Sequence record: MZ779063.1
Strand: one strand, 5' to 3'
Length of the DNA stretch: 64,000 nucleotides
Shown: positions 19,699-29,840 of the stretch, piece after piece
How the letters are laid out: the number at the start of each line of letters is the position of its first letter
How positions within the stretch are numbered: the stretch's first letter is position 1
Translations under genes and position numbers: made by a program
Notes under the pieces: model-generated
Told to the model about the DNA's origin: nothing
What the model saw: the letters and a program-made list of their open reading frames with translations, nothing else
The model's database searches: none

Positions 19699-21210
19699 AT
19701 GAAAATAGATATGATCAACGTTGATCAAATTATTACAGCCTATGAAGCTAAAGAAGTTACCAATCCTATTTTCTTTGATTCAGGAACTTTACCTAAAGAA
19801 GACGGTTTATTCTCATATGAAATATTTGGTTTAATAGGTACTGATGAAAGAAAGAATAATGTGGGTTGGATTAATTTAGGTGGTAAATACTTAAATCCTG
19901 TAGCTTATAAAGCTATGAAAGAATTAGATAAGAATATCGATTTATGTATTCAAGGATCTGATTACTTTAAAATTGAAAAAGGACAATTAGTTCCAGATGA
20001 AAATGGTGAAACTGGATTAAATTTCCTATACGATAATTATGAAAATCTTAAATTTAGAAAAAATGATTCTCGTATCCGAAATGAAAAAATTGATATGCTT
20101 AAAAACACTCCTAAAGATAGAATATTCACAGATAAATGGTTAGTTATTCCTGCTTTCTATCGTGACTTTAACCCTAATGAAACTTCAGGAGAAATTCAAG
20201 ATACTGAAGAAATAAATGATATGTATGCGAGTATTTTAAGATCTGTAGATTCAATTAGTTTTAACTCATTTGATTTTGTAGCTAATACGACTAAATATAA
20301 TATTCAAAATAAATTATTTGAAATATACGTTAAATTAACTTCAGGTGAACTATCAGGTAAAACTGGTATGATGCAAAGAAATATTTTAGGTAAGACAGTA
20401 GATAATAGTACTCGTTCAGTTATTTCATCACCTAAAATCAATTCAAATAAATGGAATGAAATGCAAATTGAATTCGGTCAATTAGGTGTTCCATTAACTC
20501 AATTAGTAACATTGTTCTTACCTTTCTTTAGTAAATATATTATAGACTTTATTGAAATTCATAAAGATGCTTTCCAAACTGCTACTGGAACTGATGAAAA
20601 GGAATTAACATTAGAAGAAGTATATGAACAATTTGATGATAAATCTATTAAGAATATGTTAGAATACTTTATTAAAGACCCTAATGAAAGATTTAGTCCT
20701 ATATATGTAAATGATAGACAAGGTAAACGTCATAAAGTTAAATTATTTGAAAATACTTTAGGTAGAACTTTTACTGTAATTGATTTACTTTATATAGCTG
20801 CTACAGAAATATGTGAAGATAAGTATGTAGTTTATTCAAGATATCCTATTGAAAATTTCTTGAATGTGGCTCCTGCTAAAATTAAAATACTAACTACAGT
20901 TGATACAATTCCAGAAATTACTTTAGATGATATTGTACTTAAAGATTATCCTAAAGTTGTTCATGAATATCCTGTTGATGAAGATGTATTTATAGATACT
21001 GCTATTATACACAACAGTTATGCCGGAGCACTTGGTGCAGATTTTGACGGTGATATGATCTCTATTAGATCTTTATGGACAGTTGAAGCTAATAAAGAAG
21101 CTAATAAACTTCTTAATAAGAAAACTAACTATCTAAACTACACTGGTAATTCAGTACGTAATTTGGGTAACGAATCGGTACAAGCTTTATATTCATTAAC
21201 TAAAGAATAA
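19699..21210 (+). CDS. rpoC: phage multisubunit RNA polymerase beta-prime N-terminal/catalytic subunit
   Basis: DGLFSYEIFG, LGKTVDNSTRSVI, SRYP, GADFDGDM catalytic motif; virion versus non-virion RNAP not resolved. Confidence 0.9.
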   Translation: MKIDMINVDQIITAYEAKEVTNPIFFDSGTLPKEDGLFSYEIFGLIGTDERKNNVGWINLGGKYLNPVAYKAMKELDKNIDLCIQGSDYFKIEKGQLVPDENGETGLNFLYDNYENLKFRKNDSRIRNEKIDMLKNTPKDRIFTDKWLVIPAFYRDFNPNETSGEIQDTEEINDMYASILRSVDSISFNSFDFVANTTKYNIQNKLFEIYVKLTSGELSGKTGMMQRNILGKTVDNSTRSVISSPKINSNKWNEMQIEFGQLGVPLTQLVTLFLPFFSKYIIDFIEIHKDAFQTATGTDEKELTLEEVYEQFDDKSIKNMLEYFIKDPNERFSPIYVNDRQGKRHKVKLFENTLGRTFTVIDLLYIAATEICEDKYVVYSRYPIENFLNVAPAKIKILTTVDTIPEITLDDIVLKDYPKVVHEYPVDEDVFIDTAIIHNSYAGALGADFDGDMISIRSLWTVEANKEANKLLNKKTNYLNYTGNSVRNLGNESVQALYSLTKE

Positions 21211-21222
21211 ATTTAAAAAAAT

Positions 21223-21253
21223 GAGGTAACGGACAATTATAGTTCGTTACCTC
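21223..21253 (+). terminator. intrinsic terminator
   Basis: GAGGTAACG/CGTTACCTC stem; outer arms match the hairpin at 3646. Confidence 0.7.
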
Positions 21254-21286
21254 TATTATATTGCAAAAATGTATCTAATGATATTT

Positions 21287-21300
21287 TAAATATATATTAT
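21287..21300 (+). promoter_or_regulatory. early-type promoter TAAATATATATTAT
   Basis: Exact copy; hairpin 21309-21330 follows. Confidence 0.7.
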
Positions 21301-21355
21301 AATTATGAAGTTGATAATTATTAATCAACTAATTTAAATAAAAGGATGATTTAAT

Positions 21356-21655
21356 ATGAATGAAATTAAAATAATGGATACTGAACTACTACAGGAAGCT
21401 GTAGAAGGAAAAGAGAATAACGGTGGAGGTTACGAACATACTCGTACCGTTTTCGAATTCCAAGGAAAACAAGGAGTTTTCGAAGACACTTCTTGTGGTG
21501 ATTTCGGTAGCAGATTCTTCATGGAATGGGATGGAAAAATGGCTATGTGGGGAAGTATGATTGATGAAGAACTCGAATACAGTGAATTCGATGAACAAGA
21601 ACAATCAGAACTTCTAAAGTATTTTAGAGTTCCTGTTTTTGAAGAAACAATCTAG
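21356..21655 (+). CDS. small acidic monocistronic early protein
   Basis: AAGGA RBS; own promoter and terminator; about 24 D/E versus 8 K/R. Confidence 0.85.
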   Translation: MNEIKIMDTELLQEAVEGKENNGGGYEHTRTVFEFQGKQGVFEDTSCGDFGSRFFMEWDGKMAMWGSMIDEELEYSEFDEQEQSELLKYFRVPVFEETI

Positions 21656-21690
21656 GACATTAATGTCCTAGATTTCTTTTATTTTTTTTT
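21649..21690 (+). terminator. intrinsic terminator
   Basis: AATCTAGGACA/TGTCCTAGATT stem overlapping the stop codon, followed by a long T tract. Confidence 0.8.
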
Positions 21691-21714
21691 TCTAAAAATA
21701 TTCTATTTTATGAT

Positions 21715-21728
21715 TAAATATATATTAT
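21715..21728 (+). promoter_or_regulatory. early-type promoter TAAATATATATTAT
   Basis: Exact copy; no clear downstream hairpin. Confidence 0.7.
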
Positions 21729-21814
21729 AAAAATAGATGTAATTAAATATATTGAAAGATGTTGTTTTATATGTAAAGTTTTAGAAGAATCTAATAAGGG
21801 AGCTGAAATAGATA

Positions 21815-22297
21815 ATGATATATTACAAAAATAAAGTAAATGGTGAAATATACGAAGTTAATGATATTCATAGAAAAGATGATGCTTTTTATTATGTGTT
21901 TGGTAATGAATTTAAAAAAGAAAGAATAGGATTATATGAATCAGTGGGTAAAAAAATTGATTTATTTGATAAAGATAAAGGACATAAAGAATTAAACTTC
22001 CAATTAAATTATGACTCATCTAGATTATTTTTAGTTACACATATGAAATATGATAATAATAATCCTTTTGCACCTAAAGCAGTAGATTTAAAGAATCAAA
22101 ATTTTGTCGCATCCGATTCTTCAGAAGATCTTTACTATATATTATATAAAAGAATGTGTAATGCAATAGATATACCTTTATTAAATTATAATGTATTATT
22201 AAAAGAATTTAATTTTGATAATGAAGATATATTTAAAATAATATCAGAAGATTGTAAAGAAGTAAAAGATTTTAAAATTAGAAATCTTTTTAAATAA
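21815..22297 (+). CDS. hypothetical protein, tag family (close paralog of 23025-23516)
   Basis: Starts YYKNKVNGEIYEV; ends KDFKIRNLFK. Confidence 0.8.
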   Translation: MIYYKNKVNGEIYEVNDIHRKDDAFYYVFGNEFKKERIGLYESVGKKIDLFDKDKGHKELNFQLNYDSSRLFLVTHMKYDNNNPFAPKAVDLKNQNFVASDSSEDLYYILYKRMCNAIDIPLLNYNVLLKEFNFDNEDIFKIISEDCKEVKDFKIRNLFK

Positions 22298-22312
22298 AAG
22301 GAGAAATTTTAA

Positions 22313-23014
22313 ATGGAAAATATTAAATTGTATAAAAATCTAGAAAATGGTGATAAATTTACTTTATCTAAAGATGAAATTAATAATGGTAGATTTCTTT
22401 ATAAAGTCATGAAACAAATAAAAAGTAGTTTTTACCCATATTATAATTATGAAGACCAACCCATTACAACCAATGGAAACTCTTATTTAATTAATAAACA
22501 ACTGAATTTTCATTTTTATACACATTCTGATATTATTATAAATTTTAAAAATTTAATTGGAATAGATGAAGATATAATAATTAAGAGTAATGAAAATAAA
22601 GAAAGAAATATTTCATCTTCAATTGTTTGTTTCTCTGATTCCAATACAGATAATGATGGAATTTATGAAAATATATTTCAAATTGTTTTAAATACAAAAA
22701 AGACTAAGAAAATAATTCGTATGCTAGATAAATATAAAAGTGATAAATATAAAATATCTTCCTGTACAATGGATAAAAATGAAGTACATTTTAAAGTTAG
22801 TTTCAAACAAGATTATTTGTCTGATAAGAATAATGACGTTTATGATTCTCTAGATGAATTAATATATTATATATTAAAAGATCTTAGAATTAAGATCGAC
22901 AATTCGTATATGTATTTTATGGATTATCTAAGATGGAATTTGGAATTTATTGCTGAAGAAATTACTGATGAGGAAGAAATTAAAAATTACTTAATTAAAG
23001 AAAAATTTAAATAA
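22313..23014 (+). CDS. hypothetical protein, tag family
   Basis: Starts LYKNLENGDKFTL; ends EEITDEEEIKNYLIKEKFK. Confidence 0.8.
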   Translation: MENIKLYKNLENGDKFTLSKDEINNGRFLYKVMKQIKSSFYPYYNYEDQPITTNGNSYLINKQLNFHFYTHSDIIINFKNLIGIDEDIIIKSNENKERNISSSIVCFSDSNTDNDGIYENIFQIVLNTKKTKKIIRMLDKYKSDKYKISSCTMDKNEVHFKVSFKQDYLSDKNNDVYDSLDELIYYILKDLRIKIDNSYMYFMDYLRWNLEFIAEEITDEEEIKNYLIKEKFK

Positions 23015-23024
23015 GGAAGTGTAA

Positions 23025-23516
23025 ATGGATATGATATATTATAAAAATAAAGTAAATGGTGAAATATATGAAGTTAATAATATTCATAGAAAAGATGATG
23101 CATTTTATTATGTATTCAATAATGAATTTAAAAAAGAGAATTCGTCTTTTTATAAATCTTATGGTAAAAATATTGATTTATATGATGAAGACGTAGGAAG
23201 TATAAAATTGGAGTTTTTCTTAATTTATGATTCTATTAATCTTAATTTAACTACACACTTTTCTTGGGATTTTAATAATATTCCTTTTATACCTAAAATT
23301 ATAGAATTAACAAACCAAAATCTTGTCATATCAGACTCTTCAATTGATCTTTATTATTTATTCTATAAAAGAATATGTGATGTGATAGATATAAATATGG
23401 CATATTATAATATTCCATTAGAAAAATTTAATTTTGATAATGGAGATATATTTGAAATAATTTCAGAAGATTGTAAAGAAGTAAAAGATCTTAAAGTTAG
23501 AAATCATTTTAGATAA
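23025..23516 (+). CDS. hypothetical protein, tag family (close paralog of 21815-22297)
   Basis: Starts YYKNKVNGEIYEV; ends KDLKVRNHFR. Confidence 0.8.
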   Translation: MDMIYYKNKVNGEIYEVNNIHRKDDAFYYVFNNEFKKENSSFYKSYGKNIDLYDEDVGSIKLEFFLIYDSINLNLTTHFSWDFNNIPFIPKIIELTNQNLVISDSSIDLYYLFYKRICDVIDINMAYYNIPLEKFNFDNGDIFEIISEDCKEVKDLKVRNHFR

Positions 23517-23521
23517 GGAGA

Positions 23522-23707
23522 TTGATAAATATGAGAAAAGAAATTAGAAAAAATGAAAGTAAACAATTGACTTTACAAGAAAAATGGGAAATTGATGCAG
23601 AATTATACAGAGAGAAAAATAAAGACAAGAAAAAAATAAAAGGGCCAATTATAGGAAAGAAAGTTTCTAAAGAAGAAATGGAAAGAATCTTAAAAGGAGA
23701 AGAATAA
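23522..23707 (+). CDS. small basic hypothetical protein
   Basis: AAGGAG RBS; true start probably ATG 23531. Confidence 0.7.
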   Translation: MINMRKEIRKNESKQLTLQEKWEIDAELYREKNKDKKKIKGPIIGKKVSKEEMERILKGEE

Positions 23708-23708
23708 A

Positions 23709-24362
23709 ATGTTTAATCACAATATCTTACTATATAAACCTATTAGCATTGATTATAATGATTTTATTGAGTTAAACAAAGAAAAATATAAAAATGATAG
23801 AGAATATATTAAAATGATAAATGTATTTAACTTAATGGAACTGTTAAAAATAGACTCTTTTAAAGATAAAACTTTCTTTGAAACTGAATGTAAATTAAAA
23901 TTAAGAGGTTATGATGAATATAAAAATATAAAAGTGGTTTACAATCAATCATTAGACAGTGATCCAATATTCTCTAATTTAAAAAACTTTAATGCAGAAT
24001 TAGATATTATAAGTAAAGAAAGAGATAATACTTATATGACTGAAGAATTATTATATGAATACAATATGATGAAAATGAGCACACATATAAATGATAAAGC
24101 TAACACTATTACAATTAAAATAAAAAATTTCATTAATTCAAATAAAGAAAATTTTAATAACGATTTTGAATTCCTTATTAAAGAATTTGAAAATAATTTA
24201 TTAAAGAATTTAACAGACCTCCATAAATATGAAGACTTACAACTTCTAATTAATAGTGAATATCACAGTTTAAAAGATATTAGTGTATATAATGAAAAAA
24301 TATTTAGACCTGCTACTGATAAAGAGTTTAAGAATTATTTAGTTAAAAAAGGATTTAGATGA
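23709..24362 (+). CDS. hypothetical protein, tag family
   Basis: Ends FRPATDKEFKNYLVKKGFR. Confidence 0.8.
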   Translation: MFNHNILLYKPISIDYNDFIELNKEKYKNDREYIKMINVFNLMELLKIDSFKDKTFFETECKLKLRGYDEYKNIKVVYNQSLDSDPIFSNLKNFNAELDIISKERDNTYMTEELLYEYNMMKMSTHINDKANTITIKIKNFINSNKENFNNDFEFLIKEFENNLLKNLTDLHKYEDLQLLINSEYHSLKDISVYNEKIFRPATDKEFKNYLVKKGFR

Positions 24363-24372
24363 AAATATGTAT

Positions 24373-24386
24373 TAAATATATATTAT
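24373..24386 (+). promoter_or_regulatory. early-type promoter TAAATATATATTAT
   Basis: Exact copy; perfect hairpin 24393-24423 follows. Confidence 0.7.
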
Positions 24387-24455
24387 AAAAATGAGATAAT
24401 GAATTAATATAATTCATTATCTCTATATTAATTTAATTAGGAGAGTGAAAAAGAT

Positions 24456-25064
24456 ATGGATTTAAAAGAGAATAAATTTTATTATAATAAAGATATTAAT
24501 GAGCTTTTTATAATTGGTAAGGATGAAAGTGATATTAACGATAAGATAAATAAATTCTATTATAAAAAATTATTAGAAAAAAATTTAGATTATCATGGTT
24601 TAATTAATAATCTTTATTATAATAGAAATATAAATTTTGATTTAATGGATGATGACGATATATATTTTAGTAATATGTATAATGGAATTAGAGAATATAT
24701 TAAGGTGAGTTATGTAGAATTTTCATGTACAAATTTTGAAGATAATGAAGTAATATTACAGTTAGATACTTTTATTGATAAAAGCAATGATAAAAATCTT
24801 TTAGAAGTTCATAAAGATTCGCATGGTGTTACCATAACAATGGTAAAAGGTTTTTATGAAAAAGATCTTATAAATTATAATGAATACAAAAATATTTTAG
24901 ACAAATTATCTGATCTGTTTGACACAATGCTTAAAGAAGAAAATGATGGAAATATTAAAATCTTTATAAATGATATTGATATATTTGAACCTTATGCATA
25001 TTTTAGAGAGTTAGAAGACGAAAGAGGAATTAAAAATATTTTGGTTAAGAAAAATTTTATATAA
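24456..25064 (+). CDS. hypothetical protein, tag family
   Basis: Starts FYYNKDINELFII; ends YFRELEDERGIKNILVKKNFI. Confidence 0.8.
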   Translation: MDLKENKFYYNKDINELFIIGKDESDINDKINKFYYKKLLEKNLDYHGLINNLYYNRNINFDLMDDDDIYFSNMYNGIREYIKVSYVEFSCTNFEDNEVILQLDTFIDKSNDKNLLEVHKDSHGVTITMVKGFYEKDLINYNEYKNILDKLSDLFDTMLKEENDGNIKIFINDIDIFEPYAYFRELEDERGIKNILVKKNFI

Positions 25065-25078
25065 AGGAGATAGATATA

Positions 25079-25705
25079 ATGGATGTAAATGAATATATAA
25101 ATAATCATGATTTTTATAGAGTTGGGAATGACGGTCAAGTATTTGTATTTAATAAAGATATATCAAAAGATGAATTAAATTCTAAAATATTTTCTAAATT
25201 ATTTGCATGCGAAAATATAGGAATTTTATTGTCTGAATATGGTTATTATGTAATAGATGAATATAATGTATTCTTAAGAAATAATGATAAAATATTATTA
25301 GTTGAAAATATGACTATTGATCTAAGTTTAATTAAAGATGATCTAATTGAATTAAATTTTGCATTAATTATTAAATCTAGTCTTCCTTCAAAAATTGGTC
25401 CTTTTGAAAAAGATAAAGGTAATCATGATGATTTTTATTATTATGATACTATTATTCAAATAGAAAATAAAGATAACTTTCAACATGAATTAATTTCCCA
25501 TATAACAAATCATTTTAATAAAATGAGTGATGTTGATTTAATGCTTTTAACTGCTAAAAATGAAATTAAATTTAATAAAGATTATAGTATTAATAAAAAA
25601 TGTATTGATTTTAAATGTAATTTTAATGAAATTTATAAAATACTTAATAAATTAGAAGATGAAAAAGAAATTAAGAAATATCTAACTAAAGAAAATTTTA
25701 AATAA
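25079..25705 (+). CDS. hypothetical protein, tag family
   Basis: Starts FYRVGNDGQVFVF; ends LEDEKEIKKYLTKENFK. Confidence 0.8.
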   Translation: MDVNEYINNHDFYRVGNDGQVFVFNKDISKDELNSKIFSKLFACENIGILLSEYGYYVIDEYNVFLRNNDKILLVENMTIDLSLIKDDLIELNFALIIKSSLPSKIGPFEKDKGNHDDFYYYDTIIQIENKDNFQHELISHITNHFNKMSDVDLMLLTAKNEIKFNKDYSINKKCIDFKCNFNEIYKILNKLEDEKEIKKYLTKENFK

Positions 25706-25718
25706 GGATAGAATAAAT

Positions 25719-26282
25719 ATGAATTTAGATAATATTGTAATATTAAAAAAGAAAAATGATGGTAAATTTGACAATAACAAATTTATAGAATTTAATCATA
25801 ATAATATTGATAATGATGAAATATTAAGTCTTTCTTTAATTACTCTATATACAAGCGTATATGCATTTTATATAAAAAGTGATATAAAATATGACAATTT
25901 TGTTAGTTATTTAGCTAATTTTTATTTAGAAATAGATGGGTATTTAAAAGGACCTTTAAATATAACACATGATGAAAATAATAGAATGCTTATAATTTAT
26001 AAAGGAAGACTACCACAAGATATTTTCAAAGTTAGAGAATTTAACGTAAATACTAAATTATATGCGTATTTAATTAAAGATGATGAATACAATACGGTAG
26101 AAGATGATCTAATCGAATCAGTAATCAATGGATCAGAATATATAATGAATAGTGAAAGAATTAAGCCAAAAATTATTATTAATGGAGCATATAAGGATAT
26201 TACGAATGTATTAAATTATTTTGAAAAACTTACTGATGAAAAAGAAATTAAAAAATATCTAATTAAAAAAAATTTTAAGTAG
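25719..26282 (+). CDS. hypothetical protein, tag family
   Basis: Ends YFEKLTDEKEIKKYLIKKNFK. Confidence 0.8.
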   Translation: MNLDNIVILKKKNDGKFDNNKFIEFNHNNIDNDEILSLSLITLYTSVYAFYIKSDIKYDNFVSYLANFYLEIDGYLKGPLNITHDENNRMLIIYKGRLPQDIFKVREFNVNTKLYAYLIKDDEYNTVEDDLIESVINGSEYIMNSERIKPKIIINGAYKDITNVLNYFEKLTDEKEIKKYLIKKNFK

Positions 26283-26299
26283 AATAAGGAGGATTAAAT

Positions 26300-26923
26300 T
26301 TGGATAAGTCATTATATGTATCGGATATATTCGATGAGAAAGTTATAGGAAGAAAGGATCTTAATAAAGATGAACTTTTTGATTTGTCATTTAATACAAT
26401 TTTAAATAATTCTGCTGACACTAGATTTAATAAAGAAGGAATTAGGTTAATGTTATCATTTTCAAAGGGATTAATTTTAAAATTTGATTATGCAGACAAA
26501 TATTTTTATGTGAAAGATTTTATATTTTTAATAGAAAAAGTTGATGGTAACTATGAATTTAATTTTACATTAAGTATTCCAGAATTTGCAGACAGTGAAA
26601 TTGAAATTGAATTAGGAATTTTTGAATCGGATAAAGGTCATAGAGAATTTTATTTTAATGATTTTTCTTATTATAAAGAAGGAAAAACTTTATTAGAAAG
26701 AGCTAAAGAATATTTAATATACGATATTTTTAATAATTATGGTGTTATTTTTAGTATTTTTTCATTAAAAGACAAAAATAGAATTTTAACAGACGATAAT
26801 TTTATCATAGATAATAATGATATAGATGAAATTTATAGTCTAAAAAATATAGATAACGTATTTAGAGAAGTAACAAACGAAAAAGAAATTAAAGAATACT
26901 TAGTTCAGAAAGGATTTAGATAA
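26300..26923 (+). CDS. hypothetical protein, tag family
   Basis: AAGGAGG RBS with TTG start; ends FREVTNEKEIKEYLVQKGFR. Confidence 0.8.
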   Translation: MDKSLYVSDIFDEKVIGRKDLNKDELFDLSFNTILNNSADTRFNKEGIRLMLSFSKGLILKFDYADKYFYVKDFIFLIEKVDGNYEFNFTLSIPEFADSEIEIELGIFESDKGHREFYFNDFSYYKEGKTLLERAKEYLIYDIFNNYGVIFSIFSLKDKNRILTDDNFIIDNNDIDEIYSLKNIDNVFREVTNEKEIKEYLVQKGFR

Positions 26924-26924
26924 A

Positions 26925-27536
26925 ATGAAAATAGACTTAGAATCTTATGAATACTATTACCATGATGAAGAAAAAATATTAGTTCCAGTATCATTAGATA
27001 TGAAGAAAGAAAATGCAAATGAGTTAATGACGTTTGAATATTATAAGAAAGTTTTTAAAAGTTTTAATCATAATATATTTCATAAAAGAATTCACGATGA
27101 TAATATACTATTTAGTACTCGATTAAATAAAGTGATTAACAAAAGTACTGGTATATCAATACCTGCTTATGATTTATATATACATTTTGAAATAGATAAC
27201 TCATTAAATATTATTTCCTTAGAATTAAGTTTTTCAATGGATACAAATCACTTTGATTTATTTAGAACATTCTATAAAGATAAAATAGAAGTTATAAATT
27301 TTTCAAAGACAGATTTTTTAAACTATAATCAAAATGTAGATAATTTAGAAGATAAAATGGCATGTCTATTAGCTAAATTATTCTTTGATATGCACAATGA
27401 TGAAAATGAAGATATTGAAATATATGTAGATAATTTTTACCATGAATCACTAGACATAGCTAAGCCATATAAATATTTTAGATTGATGGGAGAAAAAGAA
27501 ATAAAAAATCTAGCAACTAAAAAAACTTTTAAATAA
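26925..27536 (+). CDS. hypothetical protein, tag family (similar to 24456-25064)
   Basis: Ends PYKYFRLMGEKEIKNLATKKTFK. Confidence 0.8.
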   Translation: MKIDLESYEYYYHDEEKILVPVSLDMKKENANELMTFEYYKKVFKSFNHNIFHKRIHDDNILFSTRLNKVINKSTGISIPAYDLYIHFEIDNSLNIISLELSFSMDTNHFDLFRTFYKDKIEVINFSKTDFLNYNQNVDNLEDKMACLLAKLFFDMHNDENEDIEIYVDNFYHESLDIAKPYKYFRLMGEKEIKNLATKKTFK

Positions 27537-27593
27537 TTTAATTAACTTTCTTTTATATTAATAAATACAATGAAAGAGAGTTGAATATAATAA

Positions 27594-28373
27594 ATGTCTG
27601 AAACTAATGAAATTGATTTAATATCACAAATCAATGATATGATGGATGAATATAAGATGTTAGTAAAATTTAAAGATAAAATGGAAAATAAAGAAATTCA
27701 ATTAGAAAATCGTATACAGGATTTAACTAAGAATTTGAAATATCCTAAACATACATTCGTATCTAATATGGAAGCTAACATTATTAGTGTAGAAAAAGAA
27801 ATTAAAGACACTATTATGCAAATGAAAAATGTTAAAAAAGATATTATTGACTTAACTATGAAAGCTCAGAAAATGGCTGAAGATGATGAATCTGAAGATA
27901 ATTATAAAACTCTTGCTAAAAATGTACTTAATGAGCTTAATAATATGTCTAATAAAGATATTTTAAACAGTATGATGGAACCTGAAGAAGTAAATGATGA
28001 AGATACTGATTTTAGTGAAGAATTAGATGCAAAATTATCGCAATTAGATGAAGAAGAGAAATCTATCAATAAAGAAGTAGATCAAAAAGAAGAATTGAGT
28101 CAAGAAATTAATGAGTTAGATCAACAAGATTTATCTTCTATATTAAAAGTCTATAAAGGTACATTACAATTCTTTGTTATAGGAGATTCTCCTGAAGAAT
28201 ATGAATTAGTAGTTGCCGATATGGATATGAATATTATTGAAGAAGATGAAATGGAAGATGAATATCCAGAATTATTTACTATGACTAGAGATCTTATCTT
28301 TGAAGATATTGAAGGTAATGATGAAATAGTTAAAGATGAATTTGGTAATATTTATCAAAAAGCAGAATTTTAA
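27594..28373 (+). CDS. acidic coiled-coil hypothetical protein
   Basis: N-terminal heptads and a very D/E-rich C-terminal half. Confidence 0.8.
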   Translation: MSETNEIDLISQINDMMDEYKMLVKFKDKMENKEIQLENRIQDLTKNLKYPKHTFVSNMEANIISVEKEIKDTIMQMKNVKKDIIDLTMKAQKMAEDDESEDNYKTLAKNVLNELNNMSNKDILNSMMEPEEVNDEDTDFSEELDAKLSQLDEEEKSINKEVDQKEELSQEINELDQQDLSSILKVYKGTLQFFVIGDSPEEYELVVADMDMNIIEEDEMEDEYPELFTMTRDLIFEDIEGNDEIVKDEFGNIYQKAEF

Positions 28374-28380
28374 ATTATTT

Positions 28381-28416
28381 TACCCCATAATATATTAATG
28401 CAATGTATTATGGGTA
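28381..28416 (+). terminator. hairpin/terminator
   Basis: TACCCCATAATA/TATTATGGGTA stem with one bulge. Confidence 0.55.
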
Positions 28417-28442
28417 TCTATTATATAGGAGATGAATTAGGT

Positions 28443-28568
28443 ATGCTAAAAAGATTATATGAATTATTAACTAGAAAAAGATTTGAAAAGAAACTATATG
28501 AATTTAAATTTAGTTATCAAGACCATGAGCATCTTAATGAAGTTCATGAATTTAGTAAAAACAATTAA
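28443..28568 (+). CDS. 41-aa small protein not in the ORF track
   Basis: AGGAG upstream; MLKRLYELLTRKRFEKKLYEFKFSYQDHEHLNEVHEFSKNN; fills the intergenic gap and its stop overlaps the next RBS. Confidence 0.55.
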   Translation: MLKRLYELLTRKRFEKKLYEFKFSYQDHEHLNEVHEFSKNN

Positions 28569-28571
28569 GGA

Positions 28572-28982
28572 GTGATATTATTGCTATCAGAATACAGATT
28601 AAATAGTAATAAAGAAAATATTAAACAACTATTAAGAGATTATGGTTTTAAAAAAGATTCTTATACTAAAGCTTTAATATATAGAAAACGTGTAACTGAT
28701 CCGAATGATATTTTATTCATAGTGGCTGAAGTGGTTATTGAAACTAATTCAGATCTAGTTAAATTAAATTACTATGATAGTAAACATAATAGATTTAATC
28801 CTTCTAATGAGTCGCCAGAAGTTCAAAAAGGTTTAAGTATATTAGAAGATATGAAAGAAAAAGAATTATTAATTGAACCAGAATTAACTCAAAATAAAGA
28901 AGAAAAAGAAGTTCTCGATAGACTTAAAGAACAACGTGAAGAAATGGAAAATGGTCAAGTATCACCCAATTCTGAAAATTAG
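28572..28982 (+). CDS. hypothetical protein
   Basis: AAGGAG RBS; true start probably TTG 28581. Confidence 0.75.
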   Translation: MILLLSEYRLNSNKENIKQLLRDYGFKKDSYTKALIYRKRVTDPNDILFIVAEVVIETNSDLVKLNYYDSKHNRFNPSNESPEVQKGLSILEDMKEKELLIEPELTQNKEEKEVLDRLKEQREEMENGQVSPNSEN

Positions 28983-28984
28983 AA

Positions 28985-28998
28985 TAAATATATATTAT
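28985..28998 (+). promoter_or_regulatory. early-type promoter TAAATATATATTAT
   Basis: Exact copy; hairpin 29008-29037 follows. Confidence 0.7.
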
Positions 28999-29062
28999 AA
29001 AAATGTTATCCCAATACTATTAAATTAGTATTGGGATTATTATAATAAAAGGAGTTAAATAA

Positions 29063-29839
29063 ATGGAGAAAATTAACAAATACTACATTAGTAAATCGAA
29101 AGATGAATTTATAGAATTAACTTTCAATGAAAATGAAACACTCTATTTTGACTTTAAGTGGAAAGTTTTAAGTGAGCTATTCACTACAATGCAAATAAAT
29201 TATAATAAGAGATTTCTTATATCTCATGAAGAACATGATGACAATGGTTTAGTTGGTCTTAGAATAAATTTCAATGCTTTTCCCACAGTTAAATACAAAT
29301 ATAAAGGTAAGAAAAATAAAATGGAACTTCTTATATACGCTATAATACGCTTTAGTCTAAATGAAGAAGACGATAATTATATTAAGTTTAAAGCTGTTCC
29401 TTTATATAATAATAGTGAAATAGGGAAAAGATTATTTAGTAAAAGATCTGGTATATTTGATGATAATGGTGAACTAGATTTACCGCATGACTTTAATGAA
29501 GAAGTTATGATTCGCTTTTTAAAATATTTTAAAAGCCATATACAAAAAGGAAAAAGACCTTTAGAACTCAAGGACGATTTACACAAGATGTTTACTACTA
29601 CAAATAAATTAATTTTTGAATTACTAGATCAGATACAAGATCATTCAGATATTGAATTTCTTATTGCACCCGATTGGGATTTTAGTGGTAAAGAAATGGA
29701 AAAAGAAAAAGGTTTTAGTTTTGAAAAAGAATATGATAAGTATATCAGTTTAAATGATTTCGATGTTGATGCATATTTTAGAGAAATAACTGATGAGAAA
29801 GAGATTAAAAAATTTAAAGTTAAGAAAGGATTTTCCTAA
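29063..29839 (+). CDS. tag-family paralog (29063-33880 array)
   Basis: Starts KYYISKSKDEFIEL; contains LDQIQDHSDIEF; ends YFREITDEKEIKKFKVKKGFS. Confidence 0.8.
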   Translation: MEKINKYYISKSKDEFIELTFNENETLYFDFKWKVLSELFTTMQINYNKRFLISHEEHDDNGLVGLRINFNAFPTVKYKYKGKKNKMELLIYAIIRFSLNEEDDNYIKFKAVPLYNNSEIGKRLFSKRSGIFDDNGELDLPHDFNEEVMIRFLKYFKSHIQKGKRPLELKDDLHKMFTTTNKLIFELLDQIQDHSDIEFLIAPDWDFSGKEMEKEKGFSFEKEYDKYISLNDFDVDAYFREITDEKEIKKFKVKKGFS

Positions 29840-29840
29840 T

